From positions 109,244,001 through 109,308,000 of the forward strand of contig OX597817.1 of NCBI GenBank assembly GCA_951406725.2: a stretch of 64,000 nucleotides of DNA, in the 5' to 3' direction. The stretch is from Octopus vulgaris. Lineage: Eukaryota. Shown piece by piece: positions 13,229 through 26,666 of the stretch. Both the position numbers and the translations under genes were made by a program. Below the pieces are notes generated by a model. The model worked only from the letters and a program-made list of their open reading frames with translations, was not told the DNA's origin and did no database searches. How positions within the stretch are numbered: the stretch's first letter is position 1; every line of letters starts with the position of its first letter.

Positions 13229-13269
13229 GTATCTATCTATCTATCTATCTATCTAGCTATCTATCTATC

Positions 13270-13322
<53 letters not shown>
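13168..13322. repeat. (TCTA)n microsatellite
   Basis: Direct reading. Confidence 0.95.
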
Positions 13323-13324
<2 letters not shown>

Positions 13325-13802
13325 ATATATATATATACGGTAGTGATTCTAGGAAAGCTCTTTAGTACCGCCGAGGACACAAAACCTATCAGTCTTTTAA
13401 TTCAATTGCGGTCGACATCATTTATAGTACAGATGAAGTGTCACTTCTTATTGTATTCTTGAATATATGCGAGCTTGTGTCTATATATGTGATTTTCCAA
13501 CATAGACCCCAATTTGAGTCGAGATTTAATACACATACAGCACCGAATTCTTGTGTACTTATATCCAACGTGAATAAACAAATGTAATATGATTGTCAGT
13601 TACAAATAAAATTAGTAGTAATTTACATATCTTGAAGTGGTGAGCAGAATATAAGTTTTTTTATCAATAGAAGTTATGAGGAGAAATATCATCATTTTTA
13701 ACGAACATTCATCTCAATAAGGCCAAAGGGAGGAACTTACTAAATTTCGATTGTACAGAAAATAAATAAAGATATGCAAGGAAGGATATAATGTAACTGT
13801 TG

Positions 13803-13887
13803 GTTGCTACGGCGACAACGCTAGACGCGTATTATTTCATTCATTGGACCTCGTTATTAACGCGTAGTCTACTCGCAGATGGTAATT
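13803..13887 (+). promoter_or_regulatory. Candidate promoter / first exon: RFX X-box, inverted CCAAT, ATG|GT
   Basis: GTTGCTACGGCGAC (13803-13816), ATTGG (13843-13847), local CpG enrichment, ATG 13879-13881 immediately followed by GTAATT. Confidence 0.3.
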
Positions 13888-14152
13888 CCTTTGAACAATT
13901 AATCTATATATTTTTTCGTGTGAAAATAATTCGATGATTAAGCATTTTAGAATAATGATATTGAAACATTTCTCTGAAGTTTTTCAAGCAGAAAGAACTT
14001 ATGAACAAATTTTTCTGTTTGACCAGTTAAAAAGTTGACTTTCTTTAGAATTTAATTTAAGTAGTTAAATAAGTTATTCTGGCGTATTCCATATCAGGTT
14101 TGAAGTTTAGAAAGTGGCATCTAGGAATATGACAGCAAGTAGAAGTTAATAG

Positions 14153-14236
<84 letters not shown>

Positions 14237-14747
14237 CTTACTGCTATTCATATACGCATTTTCTTTACTTTGTCAGGGTGATATATGGTTATATCTAACT
14301 TTTAAAAGAAGTACCTATAATACTTCAATAGCTACAAATTTAATTTCAGACAGATTTGGAGATTATATTAAATTGAACTGTGTCGCCAATTTTGTTTGTT
14401 AATGTGAGATTCGTACATAGATTTGCCTTTCAACATATTTTCTTCTTTATCGTTAGCAAGAAAAAAATTCAATATAAAAGTTTCTAATAAACTTCTCAAA
14501 AAATATCTTTGTTGTATCAAAATATGAAAGCAGAATTGTTATTTTTAAAAAAGGCCAATTTTTCCTTCTTAGTGATTCTGATGAAACTAAATTTCATATA
14601 ATTTTAGTCGGTGGACCATTATAATTGTGGTCAAGATGAAATATAGTAAAATCTCAAAGCAGCAACATTCATATTTCGATGTTTTACACACACACACACA
14701 CACTCACACACACACACACACATACACACACACACACACACACACAA

Positions 14748-14778
<31 letters not shown>

Positions 14779-15284
14779 CACTGTGTGTACGTTAATTGTT
14801 TGGTTTCCAAAATATATTAGTCAATAATGTAGAGATTATTACGTTTTTTAATATAAAATATGACCACATGCTAATGTATTGTTATTCGAGTCTGTTCGAG
14901 AAGTCTCACAAATGTGTTTCTGAAACAGTGAGAGTCTAAAGCAAATGTCAGCTACTTTAAGTAAAAAAAAAAAAAAAAGCAATGTCTCTATTGTTGATGG
15001 ATTCATCATTTCACAATATGTGTGTGTGGGGGGGGAGGTGGTTATATAGCTGTGCGTGTCTGAAAATTTAAGCTGTCTGTCTCTGTACGTTTATTCACCT
15101 TGCGGTCACAAAATACAGTATGAACACACACAAAGCCTTTCATATTATTATTAGACATCCCACGAGGAATATTTGTATAATTTTTTTTTTTTGAGACATA
15201 ACAGACTGGTATCCATCAAATCGCACCGTAATTTCTGTCAAGAATGGAAGATAGAAAATTGAATTCCAGTTATATTAGCAATAT

Positions 15285-15338
<54 letters not shown>

Positions 15339-16032
15339 ATCTATCCCTCTCTCCCTTTCTCTTTCTCTCTCACTTTTTCTCTTTTTTTTTCTCTCAGAAA
15401 TAGTGGATTAGAGAAAAGATAAAGAGAAACTAATGACGATAGAGACACAACAGATATAGAGAGAAAGAGTATAGAGAGGGATGGTGGTGATATGTCTGTG
15501 TGATTTCAAAATCTCGGACTTTACTTTCTCTTCCTAACTTTCACTCCAATCATTACATTTCACTTTCTCTACCTCCCTGCCTCTTCCTGGAACAATGCAA
15601 TATAGAGAGACGGAGATTTAGAAACATATACGAAGCGAGGAAATCAGAAAGAGAGTGTTAGTGATGAAGAAATCTGTTTGAAAATTGAGTACATTTATTC
15701 AGCTAAATTGTTGGGTGGTTCCTAAATCATTTTTAGTGAATGTAAATTACATTACGATTAAATTTCAGGAGCGCAATGTGGACTTCTTATTTACTTAATA
15801 ACTTCTTCATTTAATTAATAATTAATAATTCGGGAGTTTTTGTGGATTTATATTCGGAAGGCAGTTGAAATTTTATGGAGTGAATTTCGTCACAAAAAAT
15901 TAGGCTCGGTCATTTATCTCTGGATAAAAACTGATAAAAGTTATAATAAATTATTTCTAATATAGAAAGTAAACGGAGAGTTTTGACTCATTTATCTTTA
16001 ATCAAACGCATTAAAAAAGAATACAGATTACT

Positions 16033-16445
16033 TATTTCTTTACTGCCCACAAAGGGCTAAACATAGAGGCGACAAACAAGGTCAGACATAGGGATTTAAT
16101 CGATTAGATCGACGCCAGTGCGTAACTGGTACTTAATTTATCGACTCGAAAGGATGAAAGGAAAGTCGACCTCGGCGGAATTTGAACTCAGAACGTAACG
16201 GCAGACGAAATACCTATTTCTTTATTACCCACAAGGGGCTAAACACAGAGGAGACAAACAAGGTCAGACATAGGGATTTAATCGATTATATCGACCCCAG
16301 TGCGTAACTGGTACTTAATTTATCGACCCCGAAAGGATGAAAGGCGAAGTCGACCTCGGTGGAATTTGAACTCACAATGTAACGGCAGACGAAATACCGC
16401 TAAGCATTTCGCCCGGCGTGCTAACGTTTCTGCCAGCTCGCCGCC
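16033..16445 (-). mobile_element. Tandem dimer of tRNA-derived SINE (family A head, variant tail; MESC/Meta-like central domain)
   Basis: Complete unit 16215-16445 (GGCGGCGAGCTGGCAGAAACG..GAGTTCAAATTCC..GCCTTTCATCCTTTCGGGGTCGATAAATTAAGTACCAG) followed by a head-truncated unit 16033-16214. Confidence 0.9.
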
Positions 16446-16594
16446 TTGAGAATACAGATTTCTGGATGTAAAATCAATCTCAATCCTTTTCGACAAAATG
16501 TAGTCAGATGTTCGATAATTAAACTGATTATTAAAATAGTGTGCGAATGATTGAACATTCAGCATACACATATACCCATATAGAGAAAGACTAC

Positions 16595-16730
16595 ACCATT
16601 CATTCGTCAGGCTTCAGTCGAACCGAGGCTATGATAAAGGAAAACCAACTTGTCCAAGATAGCATGCAGCTGGAATTGAACTTGGTAGCTTGTGAATGCG
16701 AAACGAACACCCTGACCAGTTGGCAATACT
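16595..16730 (-). mobile_element. Diverged SINE family B fragment
   Basis: Resembles the reverse complement of the 31317 copy head (CTTGGACAAGT..; GTTCAATTCC B-box-like motif). Confidence 0.45.
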
Positions 16731-17307
16731 GGGGGTATGGAGAAATTACGAGTAAAGCAAAATTTAATACCATACAAATATTCGTCAATATACTGTCAGT
16801 CTCTAAATTCTTATGTATAATCAATATTATTCTGTTCGTTAGTTATCCATCAATCTACATGAATCTAATGATACATGTTTACATACAGTTAAGCGAAGAT
16901 GAGGAACAAAAAGTTTACTGATAAAAAGTATTGGAGAAAGTTTCTTAAACATTTCTCATTTCGGGCGCAATTCTCTTCGACAAACTCTTTTCTAATTCGC
17001 TTCAATTAAACTATTGTCATTATATTATTGCTCAAAATAACTTTTCCTGAATTCATGCCAGTTTCTAAAAGAATAATTGCTTTTCTTTATAAATTAATTA
17101 CTGAAACGCAAAAGAAAATAACTAAATAAAGACCACACATATAGATGAGTGACAGTAATAAACTAAGGTAGTTCAGAACATTACCAGTCACTAACATACG
17201 TACGCTTATCAATATATATATTAAATAATTACACATATGAATGCATTCATATATGTGTGTGTATGTATGTATGTATGTATGTATGAAAGCATGTATGTAT
17301 GTATCTG

Positions 17308-17376
<69 letters not shown>

Positions 17377-18069
17377 GTATACGAATATATGTTTGTATGT
17401 ATCTGTATGTATGAATTTATGGATAAATGGAACTGACACAAACTGAAGTTCAAAGCAAGTTGTATAGTTTCGTACCACTTCATTAATTCAATGACATTGC
17501 TAAAAATTATTTTACTTTCATACTATGCAACATATTAATATACCTGCCATTAAATATTGATACACTGATCAGAAAAAGACAGATATTTATAGCAATCGTA
17601 CTACATATTGACGCACGTAGAAAGTATTTTCATAGTGCTTTTCTTTAAATAAAGAATATCTTACATTCTTCGAAATATTTCAGGTTGCATAGACATATGA
17701 TCAAGAAAGGTCCATCCTCCATCGCCTCACAATTCACTTAAATTTACTGTATCCATTACTACATAGGCTTATTTGTTCTCCCATTTTGAAGACAATAGAT
17801 TATACTTTACAAAAATGTTTTATTTCTATTTCTAGCAGTATGTATGAACAAATTCGTTCATGAAATATGAAATATTGTTGTAATCCAACGAAGAAGATAT
17901 GTTTTTGCTTTCATTGGAAACATGATTTTCACGAGTCCAACAATATTTGTTTCAACACTTGTATCAAGCACATCGGAAAACAAACACAAATGTAAAATTC
18001 GGCTCAATATCTTTACTAATGTTATTAGTGGCATAAAGGGTATCAAAATTCCTTCTTCAATAAATCTTT

Positions 18070-18285
18070 TAATATAGGAACCAGGCCTGTAGATTTAGGA
18101 GAGGATGCTACTCGATTACACTGGACTCACTACTCAAATTGCTCTTATTTTATCGATTCGAAGAAAAACCCATCAAAGGGCAGGCAAAGTCAACTGCAAC
18201 GGAATCTGAGCTCTGAACGTAAAGTCAGAAGAAATACCACCAAACATTTTGTCCGGCGTACCAACGGTTCTGCAATGTTGCGGCC
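18070..18285 (-). mobile_element. tRNA-derived SINE family A, diverged
   Basis: GGCAAAGTCAAC..GGAATCTGAGCTCTGAACGTAAAG..CATTTTGTCCGGCG pattern shared with other copies. Confidence 0.7.
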
Positions 18286-19474
18286 TTTTTTAATAGGTTA
18301 AAAAGAAAAATTGCTTTATGGTCTTAGATTTATCGGGATTCTCATTCTTAAAGCCTATATATTTCTCGGAATCAATTGTAAGTTTCAGAACACTTTATCG
18401 ACATAATATCCATCTAAAAATTTAAGCAACTACATCGAAATTAGATAATAAATTATTTGTTTCATATTATTCATTTCACTTTCACAGTATTGCCAGTGGA
18501 TAGAGAAATATTTATTATTATTTAGTTACTTTTTTAATAATATTTCATTCAATAAATACCAAAATTAATACATTTCCTTCCTTACTGTTCATATATAAAT
18601 AACAAGAATTATTTGAATGAACATAATTCAAAGAAGTTGTATATATTCTCTGTAGTTATGACTCAAGTCAATGAAGAGAAAGTATAATAAATAACCGAAC
18701 AATGTTGATTATATGCTGAAAATTGAAATCTGAATGGCTCTCCTTGAATGTCTTCGGAATGAGATAAACAGCTGTATTGGTTTGTGACAACTGAACAAAG
18801 AATTAAACAAACTTATTTCATCGTGATTTATGGCTTACATATATTTTGCGGACAGTATCATAATTACAGGAGTAAAGACGCAAAATTAAATTCATAACTT
18901 TTCCAACTTCTTTGTGACCATAACATCGAATATAGTGGCTAAGAGAGAATCTGTGCCAGGCAACAGATATATATCTTAGCGCAGTAGACTATCGTAGCTA
19001 ATATAGTCTGACATATTTATGGAATATATACTGACGTCAAACAACTTCTCTAAATAGACGGACGTTCTTAATGCGACCCACAGGCCATGCTTGATCGATG
19101 AGAGCTATGATGAAAAGTACTCCAACCATGACCACAACGTCACCAAAAGGATGTGCTTTGAGGCATATGTAGCACCGAATTTAAAATGGTCGAGGTCTGT
19201 TTATAATTGTATTTCGTGTAGTTGATAAGGTGTTATTTTTCTATAAATGTTGCAAAATTGAATATTACATTACAGAATCTAATCAGGTTTTATCCGAGTG
19301 GAAAAGAAGTTAGATTCTCATCCGTTACATTTCACCTATGTCAAGTGTTTATTGACTTAGTTAGCTCCCAGCAGGGATCATCTATCAAGTATTGGCAACC
19401 GAAGCCCCGAGACTTCAGGAATTATGTGTGTCATGCACCTCACGTCCTCAAATGGTGACAGAATTCACTGCACA

Positions 19475-19574
<100 letters not shown>

Positions 19575-19592
19575 GCATATATATATATATAC

Positions 19593-20030
19593 TGGGAACG
19601 GAAAACAAAATGTGAGCGTTGTATTACTGAAAGGCTAAACATCACACAGCCCAGAGATAACATCGTAAGCATCAAGGAGGAAACCATCTCTTCCTGCATA
19701 TCCAAGCAATATTTTACACTCTAGCATTTCAAAAAGAAGCTACCACCCACTCTACCAATGCCACCAGGATAATATCTTTCTCTGAACGTAAACAGTGGAC
19801 ATATACAATACACGAACTCCACACATAGAAGATACATACCTTCCTGATGAACTCCAGTACACAAATATACAAACATTAGACATACCCAGAATATATATTA
19901 TATAATTCATCATCAAACACAGTCGTTTTCCCAAAATCAAACCCAAGTGATATAATCACTTAAATGGTGTCATCCAAGAGGAGCGCCCCTTGATTTCTTG
20001 TTTTCTTTGTCGAGAACTTTTGTGCTTTAC
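19593..20030 (+). mobile_element. PLE 3' fragment (GIY-YIG-associated C-terminal Cys motif and UTR) between (TA)n tracts
   Basis: Reads [34 protein letters not shown], matching KxCxLCxxEKxxI..LNxRxExxSxCxH of Neptune-type PLEs. Confidence 0.55.
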
Positions 20031-21816
20031 ATACGCACGCTTGCATATATATATATATATTTACATATATATATTTATGCGTGAATCTTCCATATTAGTG
20101 AAACTCAAAATACGTGTACTATGTGAATGAAGCCCCATTGAGACATCCGCTATTTTCAGTCTTCAAATACCAAATAAACTCTCATGTTGGAGACAACTTC
20201 TTAAATCATTCTATGCGGTAGCATGCTTTCCCTTAGTCAGTCTAAGTCATATAGGATTATCACCTAATATTTCTTCCAATTTTACAGCAGTAAGTTGTGA
20301 TTCAGGCTAAATTCATTTGCTACTAATGGCAAGTCGTTTGACAACTTAAATTCTTTCAAGCTGGTTCATAATTTTCTTCGTAACTATGCTAGCTAAAAGT
20401 TATAAAGTATATTTGGAAATCTTATGGAGAATATTGAGTCAGAGCTGTTCATAACCAAAAATGAAAGTATATAAAAATAATTATCCTTATATAAATGGAT
20501 GGATCTCTACAAATGTTGCAAGTCTTAACCATGACTTACATGTTTTCAGTAGTTTTCATTATGACTGTTATTGACTCAGGATTTTCTGATTATATCTTAT
20601 CTGCTTCTCAAAGAAGTACTTGTGAACAATCTTTATGGAGCAGTAGAGAGGCGCAAATACAAGACAACATTGCCACATACAAAACGCATACACATTACTA
20701 CATACACACACCAACACACTCATGTTCAATCGCATATACATACACACATACACAAACATACACACACAAGCACACACACACAACACATATATCGTCGGGA
20801 AATCATATAAATATATATATATATATACATGTATGTATATATGTATGTATATATGTATATGCGTGCGTGAATATGCATATAGTCAGTGCGTCTCAACATA
20901 GGAATAGTTATATCTATATACACTTTCTTCAGTACATTGATGATCTATATACACTTTCTTCAGTACTTGATGATCCATGCACACACACACACACACCATT
21001 CAAACGTCCTTCTGCATAACATTCAGTATACAGTCATGATTGATTCACATGCAATCAAGATATATCACGCAAGATATTCTCGACTTCAAAGAAGCGAAAT
21101 CCAGAGATCTTATTCAAATGAGGGCATGGAATACACGAAAACACTGTTCGAAATATTTTCTCTACGTAGAAATAGAGGACAAATATTAATCAAATCGCGC
21201 CAGCAGTCCTAACACAGACATTTTTCATGTAGTCTTAAATATAGTTGTTTCAATGATAAATATAGCGCTGAAAGGAGGACAACTGATTAAACTTCACTTG
21301 TCGTATAAATGAAACCAATTAGAAATGAAATTATTATAGATTATGCTTTCATGCATTTCATAACATTTCTCATTTACATAATAGCACTTTTATAGCATTA
21401 TATTTCCACATTATCATTCATGATAATGAATCAATTATAAACACATCAATGTCGCAGCCCCTTACCGAGATATTACACTTAGAATATTATCTCGTCGTGC
21501 AACTGTAGAGAAGAAAGTATAATTTCTTCACATTTTCATCACAAAATTTCAGTGAAATATCCACAAATATCAACATCTCACATGACAACACGCATGCGCG
21601 TGCACACACACATGCACACATATACATATACATATACGCCCACATATATCAGTATATATCGGTATATACATACACACATACACACACACATATATATATA
21701 TATATATTACCCAGATAATGTGTCGTATAACCAACTAGCAACGATGTTTTCCTCGGGTTAAACAACAGTAGTATCGTCCCTTCCAGGACAGCCACATTAT
21801 GTTGGCAAATATATAC

Positions 21817-21870
<54 letters not shown>

Positions 21871-21962
21871 GTCACTAAAGTGAATTAGCAACAGTAGTTC
21901 CCTTGTTCACTTTAATGGCGTATATATTTTTGCTTTCAGGTTGTAAGTTTGCAAATTAGTGA

Positions 21963-22100
<138 letters not shown>

Positions 22101-23149
22101 TATACACACTAGCAGTATAGCCCAGCGTTGCCCGGGATTACGTTAAGATTATCAAGTGATCAAGTGCTTTATTTCAAACCCAAAAAAGTAACACCGACAT
22201 CAAATTTGAGCGAAATCAATTGAAATTAGTAAACGTCTGTCTGAAAATGGGTTACAGGCAATTTGATTGGGAAATCCCGTAAGGAATCGGTTTATAGATT
22301 ATTTCCACTCATCGATATTTTTTTTTCTCAGGGAACTTAAAGAATTCAAAAATCCCCTGAGTCTTAAGTAATGCTGGCATCAAGTTTGAACAAAATATGT
22401 CAAAATTGGTAAAAGTTATGGTTGAAAATGGGGTGTAGCCAATTTTGAGTGGAAAATCCCATAAGGAATCGGTTTGTCAATTTTTTATCCTGATTGAATG
22501 GAAAACCCCATTATGAATCAGTTTATTGATTTTTCACCCCAAATAGGACTTAACCGAACACAAAATTGCTGATTCAAAACAAATCTATATTTATACTTTA
22601 AAGTTGGTTTTCAAGCCCACCCAAGTTCTGCAGAATCAGTGTCGCGACGGGAACGCGTTGGAGAATGCTGTCCAATAAAAAAGTGGAACGCATCTAATCC
22701 CCCCCTTGCCCCATGGGTTGGAAACCCTTCCGGCAAAGCAACGACTAATCTCAATCTAGTGCTAACCCCTCCTCGGGGTACTATCGGTCAAGGCTGCATC
22801 AAAAATATGCATTGGAGAAGGTTTGCATTGGATAAGAATGCATTGGAGATTTGCATTGGAAATCTGCAGTGAAGAAGGGTGACTCAAAGATTTGGATTTC
22901 ATAAAGTTGCATTAGAGATCTGTATAGGATCTTTAACCAAAACATAAGGGGCCCTGTCCCTTCTAGCCTAACTCTATGAGAAACTTAGCCAAGCACTGAT
23001 ATCGGCCGAGCGAGCATTGTTGTTGGAGAATGTTGTCCAATAAAAAAGAGGAAGAGTCCATGAGTCATGTTGCCATGGTTTGAGAATATGCCAGGCCAAT
23101 GCTTCCTGATCACCTGTTTATAACCACATTGGCTGCAATGGCGACTTGT

Positions 23150-23430
23150 CTACAAAACTTCGCTATAGACAACATTGCGTGTTCTGCCCTGAGGAGCTTA
23201 CACAAAAAAGCGTTTCTACCCCCCACACGGGAACAGGCCACATAATGTTTCCCATGTGAAAAGCAACGCTCCTCCAAATGAATGCCTGCTACCGATATCG
23301 TTTGGTCTTAGGATTTGTTGATGGACATGGCGAAACATGGTCTCACCGGGAACTGTGATCTGCGGAAGTTAAACGGCATGTTTGACCCCGAGAGATAAAG
23401 GTGCATCCTTGAAATGAAACACACACCCAT
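23150..23430 (-). pseudogene. Helitron RepHel PIF1-type helicase C-terminal fragment
   Basis: Manual translation: FISRMHLYLSGSNMPFNFRRSQFPVRPCFAMSINKS*DQTISVAGIHLEERCFSHGKHYVACSRVG..(fs)APQGRTRNVVYSEVL*, i.e. PIF1 motifs V/VI (RxQFPxxxxFAMTINKSQGQT; FSHGQLYVAxSRV). Not in the ORF track. Confidence 0.92.
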
Positions 23431-23677
23431 AGATCGTTTCACAATCTATTTTTCAATGTACCTTGGAAAATACGGGGATTAAGAATATTAAAAACATAAT
23501 TTTTTTAAATCTCAAATTTACCATGAAAAACACCTGGTAGATTTTTATATAACACTCGCACGATTTTCACTTAGGAAAAAAAATCGGATTTTTTGCGTGG
23601 AAGCCTCCGAAATTTTACCCATTACAAATATATTACAGAAGTAAATTTTCCAGAGTGAATTGCAAGGTTCCTTATCA

Positions 23678-23879
<202 letters not shown>

Positions 23880-23918
23880 ATAAATAGATACACACGCACA
23901 CACACACATATATATATG

Positions 23919-23959
<41 letters not shown>

Positions 23960-25146
23960 GTGACATTTATATTTTGTAATTCAGACGAAGTGTTACCTAC
24001 ATCTTTGTTTCTATCTTGTTAAATAAATGGATTCTGAACAAAACACTTTTTTCCTCGGCATAAAATATAAACAAATCTCTTTCACACCCAAAGTAATGTG
24101 TGTGAGAGAGAGAGGGAGAGAGAGGGCGGGGAGAAAGATGAACGATTTCAAATACATGAAAAAGTGATTTAAAATAAATATATTTTAATTGTTGTGTGAG
24201 AAAGTATATATAATCTGATTATAAATAGTGTCTTTCAAAAACATCCTAAATTTGAAGACCCTCACAAGCACACACACATACATACATCAACGCACAACTT
24301 CTCCTTCTCCTTCACAAACACACGCACACACTTTCACTTCCTTGTGACAAGAAGGGAACTTAATTCATGTTAGCAAACTTCAAAATTGGTAAACGTTATG
24401 GTTGAAAATCTATTTTTACCGCTATCCGCAAGTGCCTCGGGGAAAATAAGTTCACAAAATCCAGCTAGGATTGTATCGACTGTCCTAAAATTGGAGCGAC
24501 ATGTGTGCTAATTTGTGGACATGCATAAATCACATTCACGTACACACACACAAGCACACTGCCTTTAATAGCAATACAAATATTTTGCGAAGAAAAGTGT
24601 TAATCTTCCGTAGTAACCAATATTTATTCTATCTTGAAGTAGTAATACATCTACATAGAAACACTACAGAGATAAAAAATTTTCCTCGGAAAGTGTGAGA
24701 CGAAGTTTTTGTGCTTGTTTACATAAAAACTCGTATATTACCACGTGCAGTAAAACGGCAGTTAAAATCAAACTAAAGATCAAAATTTCCCAACTTGCAC
24801 GGTTAAAAATTCGATTCTCTTAAAAAATAAGTCAAGAAAAATCCCTTATGTATTCAATTCTGGCTTTTTATTACGATTTATCGAAAATCAACAATTTTGA
24901 GGTAAGTACGCTCTTGTTTACAAGTAGTGGATTTATTTATAACGTCCAACTAATAAACACTTCACGCTGCCTTTTCTTGACACTCACGATCCCAAAACAT
25001 AAATCTCCGCACAGTTACACCCTTCGATTTAATCTGTGATTGATTGATTAATTCCTGTCTCTCTCTCTCTTTCTCTCTTTGTAGTACATACACACACCAT
25101 TTCTCTCTCTAGCACGAACGCACAAGCACACATGCGCTCTCTCCTT

Positions 25147-25187
<41 letters not shown>

Positions 25188-25214
25188 TCTCTATCTCTCC
25201 CTCCCTCCCTGTAT

Positions 25215-25512
25215 ATCTATCTATTGAACATTTGGGGATATGGGAATATGATTATAGAAAGATTATAGCTATTTACTCAAAATCACATAGATCTTTCTTC
25301 CCTATCCCAACTAATACGTCACCTATCTGTGTACTCATTAATTTCTCTCTCTCTCTCTCTCTCCCTCTCTCTCGCTCTCTCTCTCTCTCTCTCTGTACAT
25401 TCATTTATTGAACATGTGTGTATACGGGAATATGCCTATAGAAAGTTTATAGATATATACTCAAACACACACAGATCTTTCTTCCCTATCTAATACCTAT
25501 CTGTGCACGCAT
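25215..25512. repeat. Diverged tandem duplication (~185-nt period) separated by (CT)n
   Basis: TATTGAACAT..GGGAATATG..TATAGAAAG..AGATCTTTCTTCCCTATC..ACCTATCTGTG occurs at ~25222 and ~25406. Confidence 0.75.
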
Positions 25513-25689
25513 AGCTCAATACAGCTTACACCTCTCTTTCTTCCTCTCTCCTTATCTCTCTTTATGCCAATCTATCTTCTCAGAAGGAAACGGTAGGCAA
25601 AGATGTCTCGAAACTGGGTCAGTGAAGAACTGAAACTCTTTGCATTATTTACATTTGACAGATATTTGTTCTCATCTTGTTTGTTGTTA

Positions 25690-25735
25690 ACACAACGTTT
25701 CGGCTGATATACCCTCAAGCCTTCTTCAGGTATCC
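25690..25735 (-). ncRNA. Minimal hammerhead ribozyme (PLE-type)
   Basis: GGATAC-CTGAAGA-A-GGCT-tgagggtatatc-AGCC-GAAA-CGTT-GTGT: intact core, 4-bp stem II, palindromic AACGTT in place of stem III, GUU site, stem I ATAC/GTGT. Confidence 0.8.
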
Positions 25736-25823
25736 TGGGGAAATTTTGAACCTCAGTTCTCATTCCTAAGGTATTTTTCGATGTTATTATTATTATGATT
25801 ATTATTATTATTGCTATTGTTCA

Positions 25824-25886
25824 GGTCACTGAACTCGGAATCTTGGGGTTAGTAGCCCGCGCTCTTAACCACTACGCCATATGCCC
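25824..25886 (-). other. tRNA-derived segment (Pol III A-box, partial B-box); not an intact tRNA gene
   Basis: GGGCATA-TGGCGTAGTGG-TTAAGAGC-GCGGG-CTACTAA-CCCCA-AGATT-CCGAGTTC: consensus A-box, anticodon arm with 7-nt loop (ACT), T-arm truncated. Confidence 0.75.
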
Positions 25887-26130
25887 GTGGGCAATTATGG
25901 GTGAGGTTTAGGCTTATACATCTAATATTTTTCTATCCTTCCTTACTTCCGGTTCCTGTATGCTGCTCATATCTGCACTCGGTCTGCTAAAAAGGTTGTG
26001 TCCTATAATATGTGCTGCTTCTTTTAGTTTTCGTATTTTCCAGTCGTGTTTTCTGTCTAGTATTTTAACTTCATCCTACAGGGGGAGGTGGTCTCCGTAT
26101 TTTTCCATACATGATCAGCTATACATGATC

Positions 26131-26573
26131 AGCTTCACAAGGAAGATCGATACAATGCGGCATATCAGCTACTAGGAGAGACTAAAAGAGTTAAAAATCT
26201 ACTCCCTGACATTGTCACTTACACAAAGAGCAGGACGAGGTGCAACTGCATGATATCAAAGGTCCCAAAGTTGCCATCAGGTTACAGGAACAGATACTGC
26301 AACAGCTTTGGTTTTAAAGGCCCGCAGCTCCTCAATATTCTCTCGCAAAGTCTGAGAGACCTACATGGCATAGATGTAAGCTTTTTCAAAACAAAATTAG
26401 ATCTCCTCTCAAGAGTTCCAGTTGAACCTACCTCAAGGCAAGAAACGGAAATGGGGGCAACAACGTCAAAATCCTTAATCTACCAAATGTCACATATCAG
26501 AGGAGGTTTAGTGAAAGTGTAGCAAAGTAAACGGCAGTGCTCGAGCATGACAGCAGTCTTTTGGCTGAAGCTT

Positions 26574-26575
<2 letters not shown>
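26131..26575 (+). mobile_element. CR1/L2-group LINE 3' fragment
   Basis: SFTRKIDTMRHISY*ERLKELKIYSL ... NSFGFKGPQLLNIL..FKTKLDLLSRVPVEP..SKSLIYQ, typical CR1/L2 ORF2 C-terminal motifs. Confidence 0.75.

Positions 26576-26666
<91 letters not shown>

Larger units (their letters stand above)
25641..26120 (-). mobile_element. Penelope-like element 3' end: GIY-YIG C-terminus, tRNA-like segment, (AAT)n, hammerhead
   Basis: 26120->25914 reads ADHVWK(fs)YGDHLPL*DEVKILDRKHDWKIRKLKEAAHIIGHNLFSRPSADMSSIQEP..LDV* (PLE endonuclease tail); see sub-features. Confidence 0.85.

Noticed and set aside
16033-16445. CRISPR-like repeat array
   Set aside because: Eukaryotic SINE dimer; no short repeats with unique spacers and no cas genes.
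20495-21019. 174-aa ORF with a hydrophobic N-terminus
   Set aside because: No recognisable domain; most of its length comes from CA/TA repeats.
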